Shown piece after piece: positions 24,546 through 32,600 of a stretch of 33,328 nt of DNA (positions are counted from its first letter, which is position 1; each line of letters begins with the position of its first letter). Made by a program: the position numbers and the translations under genes. The stretch covers positions 1-33,328 of the forward strand of contig CALAVD010000368.1 of the NCBI GenBank assembly GCA_937892085.1, read 5' to 3'. The stretch is from an uncultured Prevotellaceae bacterium (lineage in GTDB: Bacteria; Bacteroidota; Bacteroidia; Bacteroidales; Muribaculaceae). A model generated the notes under the pieces. The model ran no database searches, was not told the DNA's origin, and saw only the letters and a program-made list of their open reading frames with translations.

Positions 24546-27383
24546 TTAGTGGGCGTCGAGCCAGTTGGTGGCGGAGCCATGGCTGGCGGTGAGGTGTACT
24601 CGCCCGTGGTAGGCGTTTTCCATCTCGGCGACAACGATTTGAGTCACTTTCTCCAGCTCGCTGGGGATGACATCGAAGTTCAACTCGTCGTGCACTTGCA
24701 GTATCATTCGCGACTTGATGCCTTCCTGCTCAAAGCGGCGACAGATGGCTATCATGGCAATCTTTATCACATCGGCAGCGGTGCCCTGGATAGGTGCGTT
24801 CACGGCGTTGCGCTCGCTGAAGCTGCGCACCATTGCGTTGCGCGAGTTGATGTCGGGCAACATGCGTCGGCGCCCAAAGAGTGTGGTGACGTAGCCCTGC
24901 TCACGAGCTTGTGCCACGCTGCGCTCAATGTATTCTTTCACCTTTGGGAAGGTCTCGAAATATCCGTTGATGAGCATCTTAGCCTCGCTGCGCGGGATAT
25001 TGAGGCGCTGACTCAGTCCAAACGCCGAGATGCCGTAGAGGATGCCGAAGTTGGCGGTCTTAGCCTTGCGGCGCTGGTCGCCGGTCACCTTGTCGAGGTC
25101 CTCATGGTAAATCTTGGCGGCGGTGATGGCGTGGATGTCCTCATCGTGGGCAAAGGCGTCGAGCATAGTAGTGTCGTTGCTTAGGTCGGCGACAAGGCGC
25201 AACTCAATCTGCGAATAGTCGGCGCTGAAGAACACGTTGCCGTCGGCAGGAATGAAGGCACGGCGTATCTCCTTGCCGTCGTCGCTGCGCACCGGGATGT
25301 TCTGTAAGTTGGGATTGGTGGACGACAAGCGCCCGGTGGCGGTGACGGTCTGATTATAAGTGGTGTGGATGCGACCCGTGCGAGGGTTCACAAGTGCGGG
25401 CAACGCGTTGACGTAGGTGGAGAGCAGCTTGCGCAGCCCTCGCAGTTCCAAAATCTTGTCAACGAGCGGATGACGGTCACGGAGCTTCATCAGCACCTCC
25501 TCGGTGGTGGAATACTGGCCGGTCTTCGTCTTCTTGGCTTTGGCATCGATTTTCAGGTGTCCAAACAGCACCTCTCCCACCTGCGCCGGCGACGCGGTGT
25601 TGAACTCCATGCCCGCAAGCGTGTGGCACTCGCGGTCGAGGGTTTCGACCTGCTCGGTGAGTTTCAACGAGTATTCGGTTAGCGCTTTCTCGTCGATGCG
25701 CGCACCAGCCATCTCCATGCTCGCCAGCACTCGCACCAGCGGCATCTCGATGTCGGTGAGCAGATGCGTCATGCCGTTGTCCTCTAAGCGACGGTCGAGT
25801 TCGGGTTTCAGGACGAGGGCGAGGTCTGCCATCTCGCATGCCCAGTTAATGAGCTTCTCGGGCTTCACGTCGGCAAATCGCTTCTGTTTCTTGCCCTTCG
25901 TTCCTATCAAACTCTCCACGTTGATAGCCTGATAGTTAAGCACCTCCCCAGCGATGTGGCGCGTGCTGTGGCTGCGCTCGGGCTGTAGCAGGTAGTGGGC
26001 AACGGCGGTGTCGTAGTAGTCGCCCCCATAGTCGATGCCCACGTTGCCGAGCATCACTATGTCGCGCTTGACGTCGTTGCTCACTATCTGCACCTTGCCG
26101 TCGAAAAGCGGCGTCACGGCACTCATCATCCACCCCATGTCGTCGAGAGGCATAAAAGCGGCAGTGTAGCGCTCGCTGCTCACCGCAATGCCCACGAGGT
26201 GTGCACGCATCGCCTCGTCGCCGTCTGCCACGAGACACACACCCACTGGCTCGCCAGCGGCGACAATCTCCTCCACTAACTGTGCCGCCTCGCTGTCGTC
26301 GGCGACAAGGCGGTAGTTGTGGTCGTGGGAATCGATATTCTCCATCTCCACCACTTGGGGCTCCTGCTCGGCGAGGTCACGTGTGTCGAGGTCGTCGAAG
26401 AGCGAGGGTAGCAGCGGATTTTTCTTGGGATGGTTCACAATCTCGAGCTCGGCGCGCGACACATCTTTCAGGGCTTCGGCAGGGGCAGGAGCATTTTTCA
26501 CGCCCACGTTGGCCTCGCCGTGCTCGATGATGCGCACTGCTAAGGAGCGGAATTCTAATTCCTTAAACACTTTTGCCAAGTTGTGCATATTGGCGGGCTT
26601 GCGGCGCAGCAGTTCCTCGTCCCACTCCACCGGCACGTCGGTCTTGATGGTGGCGAGGAACTTCGAGAACTTGATTTGCTCCACATTGGCGGTGATGTCG
26701 CGCTGAAGGGCGCCTTTGAGCTTGTCGGTGTTGGCGAGCAAGTTCTCCACCGAGCCAAATTCGTGAATCAGCTTCTTGGCTTTCACCTCTCCCACCCCCG
26801 GGCAACCGGGGATATTGTCAACCGAGTCGCCCATGAGAGCCAGCAGGTCGATGACTTGCAGCGGGTTAGTGAAGCCATATTTTGCATTAATCTCCTCTAT
26901 GCCTAAGATTTCAGCTTCGCGGCCTTTGCGCCCAGGGTGGTAGATTTTCACGTTCTCGCCCACGAGTTGCCCGAAGTCCTTGTCGGGAGTCATCATGTAG
27001 GTCTGCATGCCGTGCTCACTTGCCATGTGCGCCAGTGTGCCTATCACGTCGTCGGCCTCATAGCCCGGCACCTCTATCACGGGGATGTTGTAGGCCTCGA
27101 TAATGCGTTTGATATATGGCACAGCGGCTTTGATGTCCTCTGGAGTCTCGTCGCGATTGGCTTTATACTCCTTGTAGGCCTCATGGCGGAAGGTGCCACC
27201 TGGGGGGTCGAAGCACACGGCGACGTGCGTGGGCTGCTCCTTTTTGAGCACATCTTGCAGGGTGTTGACAAACCCAAAGATTGCCGACGTGTTAACACCA
27301 TTAGAGGTAAACCTCGGGTTGCGCATCAGCGCATAATAAGCCCTGAAAATCAATGCGTATGCATCGAGGAGAAAAAGCTTCAT
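24546..27383 (-). CDS. polA: DNA polymerase I
   Basis: Start placed at MKLFLLDAYALIFRAYY (945 aa); the extra 44 codons in the ORF track translate the upstream repeat array. YEADDVIG, SADYSQIELR, KTANFGILYG and LQVHDEL present. Confidence 0.97.
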   Translation of the reverse strand: MKLFLLDAYALIFRAYYALMRNPRFTSNGVNTSAIFGFVNTLQDVLKKEQPTHVAVCFDPPGGTFRHEAYKEYKANRDETPEDIKAAVPYIKRIIEAYNIPVIEVPGYEADDVIGTLAHMASEHGMQTYMMTPDKDFGQLVGENVKIYHPGRKGREAEILGIEEINAKYGFTNPLQVIDLLALMGDSVDNIPGCPGVGEVKAKKLIHEFGSVENLLANTDKLKGALQRDITANVEQIKFSKFLATIKTDVPVEWDEELLRRKPANMHNLAKVFKELEFRSLAVRIIEHGEANVGVKNAPAPAEALKDVSRAELEIVNHPKKNPLLPSLFDDLDTRDLAEQEPQVVEMENIDSHDHNYRLVADDSEAAQLVEEIVAAGEPVGVCLVADGDEAMRAHLVGIAVSSERYTAAFMPLDDMGWMMSAVTPLFDGKVQIVSNDVKRDIVMLGNVGIDYGGDYYDTAVAHYLLQPERSHSTRHIAGEVLNYQAINVESLIGTKGKKQKRFADVKPEKLINWACEMADLALVLKPELDRRLEDNGMTHLLTDIEMPLVRVLASMEMAGARIDEKALTEYSLKLTEQVETLDRECHTLAGMEFNTASPAQVGEVLFGHLKIDAKAKKTKTGQYSTTEEVLMKLRDRHPLVDKILELRGLRKLLSTYVNALPALVNPRTGRIHTTYNQTVTATGRLSSTNPNLQNIPVRSDDGKEIRRAFIPADGNVFFSADYSQIELRLVADLSNDTTMLDAFAHDEDIHAITAAKIYHEDLDKVTGDQRRKAKTANFGILYGISAFGLSQRLNIPRSEAKMLINGYFETFPKVKEYIERSVAQAREQGYVTTLFGRRRMLPDINSRNAMVRSFSERNAVNAPIQGTAADVIKIAMIAICRRFEQEGIKSRMILQVHDELNFDVIPSELEKVTQIVVAEMENAYHGRVHLTASHGSATNWLDAH

Positions 27384-27407
27384 AATATAAGTGTTAAGTG
27401 TTAAGTG

Positions 27408-27697
27408 AGTTTGCCGCAAGCTGCGCTTGCTGGTTTGCCGCTCGCGTTGCTCGCTAGTCTGCCGCAAGCTGAGCTTGCTAGTTTGCCGCTCGCGTTGCTC
27501 GCTAGTTTGCCGCAAGCTGCGCTTGCTAGTTTATCGCTTCGCTGGTTTGGACTCCTAGACTCGTAAACTAGCTCAGCTTGCTGAGCGGACAACTAGCAAA
27601 GCCGACAGGCGAAGCGGCGAACTAGCGAAGCCGACAGGCGAAGCGGCAAACTAGCGAAGCCGTGAGGCTGAGCGGCGAACTAGCGAAGCGGTGAACT
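27408..27697. repeat. Composite inverted array of 24-bp and 29-bp hairpin-containing units
   Basis: Five 24-bp units (27408-27527) with core GCT-AGTTTGCCGC, then three 29-bp units (27595-27681) carrying the reverse-complement core GCGGC(A/G)AACT-AGC. Confidence 0.9.
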
Positions 27698-27698
27698 C

Positions 27699-28598
27699 TT
27701 AAAACGCTTTCTTGTCGGTTCCTGTGAAGGACTGGAAGAGGGCGTTGGCGAGGCTTGAGGCGCCTATGCGGAAGTAGCGGTTGTCGAGCCATTTCTCGCC
27801 AAGCACTTCTTTCACGATGGTGTAGTACTTCACTGCATCCTCGGTGGTGCGTATGCCACCGGCAGCCTTGAAACCTACCATCACGCCGTGCTTCTCGTAG
27901 TATTCCTTGATGCACTGGCACATGACGTAAGCAGCCTCGAGCGAAGCACCGGGATACATCTTGCCGGTCGAGGTCTTGATGAAGTCGGCACCCGAGTACA
28001 TCGCCAAGATTGATGCCTTCTTGATGTTGGCGGCAGTCTCCAGGCATCCCGTCTCGAGGATTACCTTGAGCATCTTGCCGTGGCAGGCGTGCTTGATTTC
28101 GCTGATTTCGTCGCACAATTCTTCGTAGGCCTCATCGAGGAAGTAGCCCATGTTGATGACGATGTCCACCTCGTCGGCGCCATCGGCAACGGCAAGGGCG
28201 GTCTCGGCGATTTTGGTCTCAAGATGAGCCTGCGAAGCGGGGAAGCTGGCGCTGCACACCACCACGTCAACGTCGCTCACTTCAAGGTTGGCACGAACCA
28301 CTTGTGCGAAGTTGCTGTAAACGCAAATTCCTGCCACGTTCTTGCGGTCGGGATAGTTGCGCCAGTAGTCGTTCACCTTTTGGGTGAAGGCCGCCACGCT
28401 GCGCTCGCTGTCGGTAGTACTCAGAGTGGTCAGGTCCACGGTGTTGAGCAGGAACTCCTGCACTTGGGCAGTGTTGTTCTCAGCGGCATGCTCCTCGATG
28501 ATTTTAGCCACTTCGGCGCTTACCTTGGCGTCATCTTCAATCACACTGCTGCCATTGATGGCAGCTAAATACTTGTTAGGGATAATTTGTTCTGACAT
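27699..28598 (-). CDS. deoC: Deoxyribose-phosphate aldolase
   Basis: 299 aa; DLTTL, GADEVDIV, LKVILETG, ADFIKTSTGK, GFKAAGGI, RIGASSL. Confidence 0.96.
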   Translation of the reverse strand: MSEQIIPNKYLAAINGSSVIEDDAKVSAEVAKIIEEHAAENNTAQVQEFLLNTVDLTTLSTTDSERSVAAFTQKVNDYWRNYPDRKNVAGICVYSNFAQVVRANLEVSDVDVVVCSASFPASQAHLETKIAETALAVADGADEVDIVINMGYFLDEAYEELCDEISEIKHACHGKMLKVILETGCLETAANIKKASILAMYSGADFIKTSTGKMYPGASLEAAYVMCQCIKEYYEKHGVMVGFKAAGGIRTTEDAVKYYTIVKEVLGEKWLDNRYFRIGASSLANALFQSFTGTDKKAF

Positions 28599-28655
28599 AG
28601 TTATTTATAGTTTTAGTTTTTAGTTTTATTTAGAAGTTCTATAGATTCTACATTA

Positions 28656-28838
28656 TATAGGTGCGTTCTATAAATTAACTTGAGATGTTTTTGATTTATT
28701 TTCGAGCAGATGCGAAGTTAAAGCAGCAGCGGCATAGCGGGCTATGTTGCAAGGATTTAACGAAGCAGATGCCGAAAAGAAACAAAAACAGCCAAGAACC
28801 CATCTCAACATTTTATTAATTTATAGAACCCACCTATA
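28656..28838. mobile_element. MITE-like non-coding element (~183 bp) with terminal inverted repeats
   Basis: TATAGGTGCGTTCTATAAATTAA (28656-28678) versus TTAATTTATAGAACCCACCTATA (28816-28838), 22/23 complementary; inner TTGAGATG/CATCTCAA; partial identical copy at 1-53. Confidence 0.7.
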
Positions 28839-28843
28839 GTAAA

Positions 28844-29179
28844 TTATGCATTGTGACTTAATTTATCGTTATTTTTATGGCGAGAAGCGTCGCGTGCGGT
28901 CTTCTTGGCGAAGTTGCGCTCCAGGGCCGCATCGAGGTCGATGCCCGTTTGGTTGGCGAGGCACATCACCACCCACAGCACATCGGCAAGCTCGTCGGCG
29001 AGGTCCTTGTCCTCGTCGCTGGGCTTGCACGACTGCTCGCCATAGCGCCGCGCGACGATGCGCGCCACCTCTCCTACCTCCTCGCTGACCAGAGCCATGT
29101 TGGTCAACTCATTGAAGTAACGCACCCCGTAGGTCCTAATCCAGTGGTCCACGCGCTCCTGCGCCTCGTGTATTGTCAT
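28844..29179 (-). CDS. MazG-like nucleotide pyrophosphohydrolase (YpjD-type)
   Basis: 111 aa; YFNELTNMA, EEVGEVAR, YGEQS, DELADVLWV..LANQTG. Confidence 0.93.
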   Translation of the reverse strand: MTIHEAQERVDHWIRTYGVRYFNELTNMALVSEEVGEVARIVARRYGEQSCKPSDEDKDLADELADVLWVVMCLANQTGIDLDAALERNFAKKTARDASRHKNNDKLSHNA

Positions 29180-29202
29180 AATTTAGTGTACTTTATAGCC
29201 CA

Positions 29203-29233
29203 CAAATATACGCATTTTTTCATAATCACACAA
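29203..29233 (-). promoter_or_regulatory. Candidate promoter for the MazG-like/deoC genes
   Basis: Minus-strand TATATTTG (29203-29210) with TTG 20 nt upstream (29231-29233). Confidence 0.5.
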
Positions 29234-29297
29234 CATCGCACCCCATAAAAAATCCACTCAGTCAATAAATAACTAAATTCTTCGTGCTGCCATCATT

Positions 29298-29339
29298 AAA
29301 ACAAGTGGAATTAGCGCTGTTGCACTCTAATCCCACTTG
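29298..29339 (-). terminator. Intrinsic terminator of pyrH
   Basis: Minus strand CAAGTGGGATTAG...CTAATTCCACTTG followed by TTTT, about 20 nt after the stop codon. Confidence 0.7.
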
Positions 29340-29358
29340 CAGTGTTATGTGTGAAATG

Positions 29359-30072
29359 TTAAGGAGTTACTACGGTTCCTATGGGTTCGCCGGTGATAAC
29401 TTTCTTGAGGTTGCCTTTCACGTCCATATTGAAGACGTGGATGGGGAGGTTGTTCTCCTTGGCCATCACGGTGGCGGTCATGTCCATGACTTTAAGACCG
29501 CGCTTGATAATCTCATCGTAGGTGATGGTGTCGAACTTAGTGGCTGTGGGGTCCTTCTCGGGGTCGGCAGTGTAGATGCCGTCAACGCGGGTGCCCTTGA
29601 GCATCACGTCGGCCTCCACCTCGATGCCACGCAGCGTGCTACCGGTGTCGGTGGTGAAGAAGGGGTTGCCGGTGCCGCACGACATGATGGCGACCTTGCC
29701 CTGGTTCATGGCGTCGATGGCGCGCCACTTGGTGTAATGCTCTCCCACTGGGGTCATGGCGATGGCGGTGAACACCTGCGCTGGTTGCCCTTGAGCTTCA
29801 AGAGCCGACGATAGCGCCAGCGAGTTGATCACTGTGGCGAGCATACCCATCTGGTCGCCCTTCACGCGGTCGAAACCTTGTGTAGCCCCTGAGAGGCCAC
29901 GGAAGATGTTGCCACCGCCTATCACGATAGCCACCTGCACGCCAGCGTCCACGAGTTCCTTGATTTGCTCGGCATAGTCGTCCACACGCTCACGGTCGAT
30001 GCCATATCCCTGCTTGCCCATCAGCGACTCGCCACTGAGCTTGAGTAGAATGCGTTTGTATCTTGTTTCCAT
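29359..30072 (-). CDS. pyrH: UMP kinase
   Basis: 237 aa; RILLKLSGESL, GGGNIFRG, GDQMGMLATVIN, GNPFFTTD, VDGIYTADP. Confidence 0.98.
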   Translation of the reverse strand: METRYKRILLKLSGESLMGKQGYGIDRERVDDYAEQIKELVDAGVQVAIVIGGGNIFRGLSGATQGFDRVKGDQMGMLATVINSLALSSALEAQGQPAQVFTAIAMTPVGEHYTKWRAIDAMNQGKVAIMSCGTGNPFFTTDTGSTLRGIEVEADVMLKGTRVDGIYTADPEKDPTATKFDTITYDEIIKRGLKVMDMTATVMAKENNLPIHVFNMDVKGNLKKVITGEPIGTVVTP

Positions 30073-30108
30073 TTTTGATAAGGATTAAAGTGTTAGGGGG
30101 TAATTAAA

Positions 30109-30151
30109 GAAAAAGTTGGATAAGGCGACAAGTCGCTTAATCCAACTTTTC
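30109..30151. terminator. Strong hairpin flanked by A/T tracts between the TPR gene and pyrH
   Basis: GAAAAAGTTGGATAAGGCGAC-AA-GTCGCTTAATCCAACTTTTC. Confidence 0.7.
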
Positions 30152-30187
30152 ATTTTTTATATTGAATGTGTCACAATATGAAAACTC

Positions 30188-31108
30188 TTATTTGCCAGCT
30201 TTAGCTTTGGCGCGCTCAATTTGCATCGACATGCTGCCAGGACCGTAGTACTTAGCCTCGATTTCTTCGTAGATCTTAATCTCCTCGTCATACTTCTTTT
30301 GAGCGTCGAGAACAGTGGCTTTCTTTTGCAAAGCATAAGCGATAGACTCCTTTTGCTCAAAGCCCTTATCGCAGTTCTTCACTAACAAGTAAGTGAGGAA
30401 GCCTGCCGATAACAGGAAGATGATAGCCGACGAAATCAGCATCATGCGGCGCTGCTTGGCGTCATCGTTGTTTCTCATGTAGTAAATGAAACATGCGAGA
30501 GCGGCGAGAGCCAGCAGGCACAGAACGATCTCACGCCAAGAGATGAGCTCCCAGAACGATTCTTTAGAGAGGTCGATGGCGTTGTCATAAGCCTTGATAG
30601 CCTTGTCATACTGGTTTTGGTTTACATAGCAATCGCCCAGCAGAGCCTGTGAGAAGGGACCTATAATCTTGCCCTTAGGAGAATAGTCTTCCAAATACTT
30701 TTGTGCATCAGCATATTTTTCTCTTGCATAAAGGATTTGGGCAGCTCTAAGCTTAGCAAGGTTGCCATTGCCATTCTTGAAAATCAGGTTGTTGCCATAC
30801 TTCTTTGCTACATTTTCATAAACCTGCAAAGCGTTGGTAGAGTCCTGGGTGGTAACTGCTTGCTGAGCTTGCTGTCCTGGCTTGAGGAACAGGTCGTCGG
30901 CTTTGGCTATCTCATTCTTAGATTCTTCCAATTCTGGGCCATAGCCAAAATTCACGTATGCCCAAATGCCTAAAGCAACAACTAAAATAGCGGCTACAAT
31001 GATATAAATAAGGTTCTTGTGCTGCTCAAACTTCTGCTCGATACCCGACAGCGAATCATTGATTTCTTCCAGCTTGGTACGGGTTGGTTGATTTTTTTTC
31101 TTTGCCAT
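30188..31108 (-). CDS. Membrane-anchored TPR protein (YfgM-like) with an extra internal TM hairpin
   Basis: 306 aa; N-terminal TM helix, GNLAKLRAA, LLGDCYVNQNQYDKAIKAY TPR repeats; two added hydrophobic helices before the last repeat. Confidence 0.75.
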   Translation of the reverse strand: MAKKKNQPTRTKLEEINDSLSGIEQKFEQHKNLIYIIVAAILVVALGIWAYVNFGYGPELEESKNEIAKADDLFLKPGQQAQQAVTTQDSTNALQVYENVAKKYGNNLIFKNGNGNLAKLRAAQILYAREKYADAQKYLEDYSPKGKIIGPFSQALLGDCYVNQNQYDKAIKAYDNAIDLSKESFWELISWREIVLCLLALAALACFIYYMRNNDDAKQRRMMLISSAIIFLLSAGFLTYLLVKNCDKGFEQKESIAYALQKKATVLDAQKKYDEEIKIYEEIEAKYYGPGSMSMQIERAKAKAGK

Positions 31109-31158
31109 AATATTATGTGAAAATGTGTATAAAAATCTTGGTTTTTAATTTTGCGGTG

Positions 31159-31166
31159 CAAAAGTA
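31159..31166 (-). promoter_or_regulatory. Candidate -7 element for the TPR gene
   Basis: Minus-strand TACTTTTG 50 nt upstream of the start codon. Confidence 0.5.
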
Positions 31167-31336
31167 ATAGATATTTGTCTAATTTAAAAACAATTTGGGA
31201 AATTAATTTTAAAAATCTTATAAAATGTGGTTGTTGAGGGTCAGAGAGGAGGCCATCAATGGACTAAAGGTGGATTCTAAAAATAACTATGAAAACTTGA
31301 TTTCATTGAACAAAAAGTTATTTCTATTGAAAAAAG

Positions 31337-31367
31337 ATTGCGGTAACAACATTTATTACTACATTTG
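31337..31367 (+). promoter_or_regulatory. Candidate promoter for the two-component operon
   Basis: ATTG (31337-31340), 19 nt, TACATTTG (31360-31367). Confidence 0.55.
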
Positions 31368-31402
31368 TAGCTTAATGCAAACCTAAAGACAAAAAATTAA
31401 AC

Positions 31403-32584
31403 ATGAAATCACAGAGCAGGTTCAACAAATATGAATACACTGTTTATGCAATTTTGCTGGTAATGATATTCTTGGCACCCACTTTCAGTGCCTTGTTTCA
31501 TAATCATGACATTACCGACGTCAATTTCCTCAAGAACGACCTGCTCATGAGCTGGAAAGTTTTTATCGTCTATATCATAGCATTTGCTATTCATGACGTG
31601 GTGATTGCACCCTGGCTGGTGTATAAACACAAAAAATGGTATTACATAGCTGGCGTGATAGTGCTCGTGTGCGTGTTCCAGTTCTACCAATGCTCACGCC
31701 AACCCGACTCAAAGCCTCCACAAATCGCGATGCAGCATGATGCTAACGGCAAGGTGGCCCCGCCTCCACAGTTCCAGAAAGGTGAGTTGCCAGGAGGCCC
31801 TAAAACCCCGCCGCCGCCATTCCAGCGCCGAGATATCATGTCGTTCATCCTTCTGCTCTTCGGCCTGGGCACCAACATCGGCGTGAAGCTGTATGTCAAC
31901 TCCCTGAGCGCTAAGCAGCGACTCGAGGAACTGGAGAACGAGAACACCGAGCAGCAGCTGGAACACCTGAAATATCAGTTGCACCCACATTTTTTCATGA
32001 ACACCCTCAACAACATTCATGCCCTTGTGGATATCGACCCCAAGAAGGCACAAGGCTGCATCATCGACCTGTCGAAACTAATGCGCTATGTGCTCTATGA
32101 GAGCAATCACCACTTTGTGAGGGCTGCACGCGAGGAGGAATTCATGGCAAACTATGTGAGCCTGATGCGTCTGCGCTACAACGACAAGCTGGAGTTTACC
32201 GTCGAGAACGACGACAACGACAACGACAATGGCACTGAAACCTGCGTGCCACCGCTTGTGTTCGTCTCCTTTGTGGAAAATGCTTTCAAGCATGGGGTGA
32301 GCTACAACAAGGCCTCTTACATACACATCAAAGCGCATCGTTACACCACCGACAATGGCGAGGACCGCTTGAATTGGGAATGCCGCAACAGCAAGCATCC
32401 CAAGAGGGCAAAATCCAAAGTCACGGAGTCGAGTGGCGTGGGACTGCCCAACATACGCCACCGCCTCGACCTGCTCTTTGGCGACAATTACTCGCTCGAC
32501 TTCAACGATGGCGAGAAGGAATACTGCGTCACAATGGACATCCCGCTGATGAAGTGTGAAGATAATAATGACAACAATATTTAA
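31403..32584 (+). CDS. LytS/YehU-family sensor histidine kinase
   Basis: 393 aa; N-terminal TM helices, LKYQLHPHFFMNTLNNI, LSKLMRYVLY, FVENAFKHG, GVGLPNIRHRL. Confidence 0.93.
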   Translation: MKSQSRFNKYEYTVYAILLVMIFLAPTFSALFHNHDITDVNFLKNDLLMSWKVFIVYIIAFAIHDVVIAPWLVYKHKKWYYIAGVIVLVCVFQFYQCSRQPDSKPPQIAMQHDANGKVAPPPQFQKGELPGGPKTPPPPFQRRDIMSFILLLFGLGTNIGVKLYVNSLSAKQRLEELENENTEQQLEHLKYQLHPHFFMNTLNNIHALVDIDPKKAQGCIIDLSKLMRYVLYESNHHFVRAAREEEFMANYVSLMRLRYNDKLEFTVENDDNDNDNGTETCVPPLVFVSFVENAFKHGVSYNKASYIHIKAHRYTTDNGEDRLNWECRNSKHPKRAKSKVTESSGVGLPNIRHRLDLLFGDNYSLDFNDGEKEYCVTMDIPLMKCEDNNDNNI

Positions 32585-32600
32585 ACATCCTAAATGAATT

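Noticed and set aside
24478..24722. Diversity-generating retroelement TR/VR pair
   Set aside because: Only 37 bp, mismatches are not adenine-specific on either strand, and no reverse transcriptase is in the window.
27384..27515. 44-aa N-terminal extension of PolA given in the ORF track
   Set aside because: It is a translation of the 24-bp repeat array from a TTG; the conserved PolA start MKLFLLDAYAL is at 27383.
27408..27697. CRISPR array
   Set aside because: Units are 24-29 bp in total, the variable parts are short and themselves repeated, the two arms are inverted, and no cas genes are present.
27622..28116. 164-aa minus-strand ORF overlapping deoC
   Set aside because: Alternative frame of deoC running into the repeat array; not protein-like.
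53..28782. Composite transposon bounded by the two MITE-like copies
   Set aside because: The interval contains core genes (leuS, polA, deoC) and no transposase; independent insertions are more parsimonious.
28844..29179. MazG-like gene as an anti-phage nucleotide-depletion effector
   Set aside because: It resembles the housekeeping YpjD-type enzyme and sits beside deoC, outside the accessory block.
32207..32230. GACAAC microsatellite (NDDNDNDN) in the histidine kinase as a phase-variation tract
   Set aside because: Unit length is a multiple of three and the run is short, so slippage would not shift frame.
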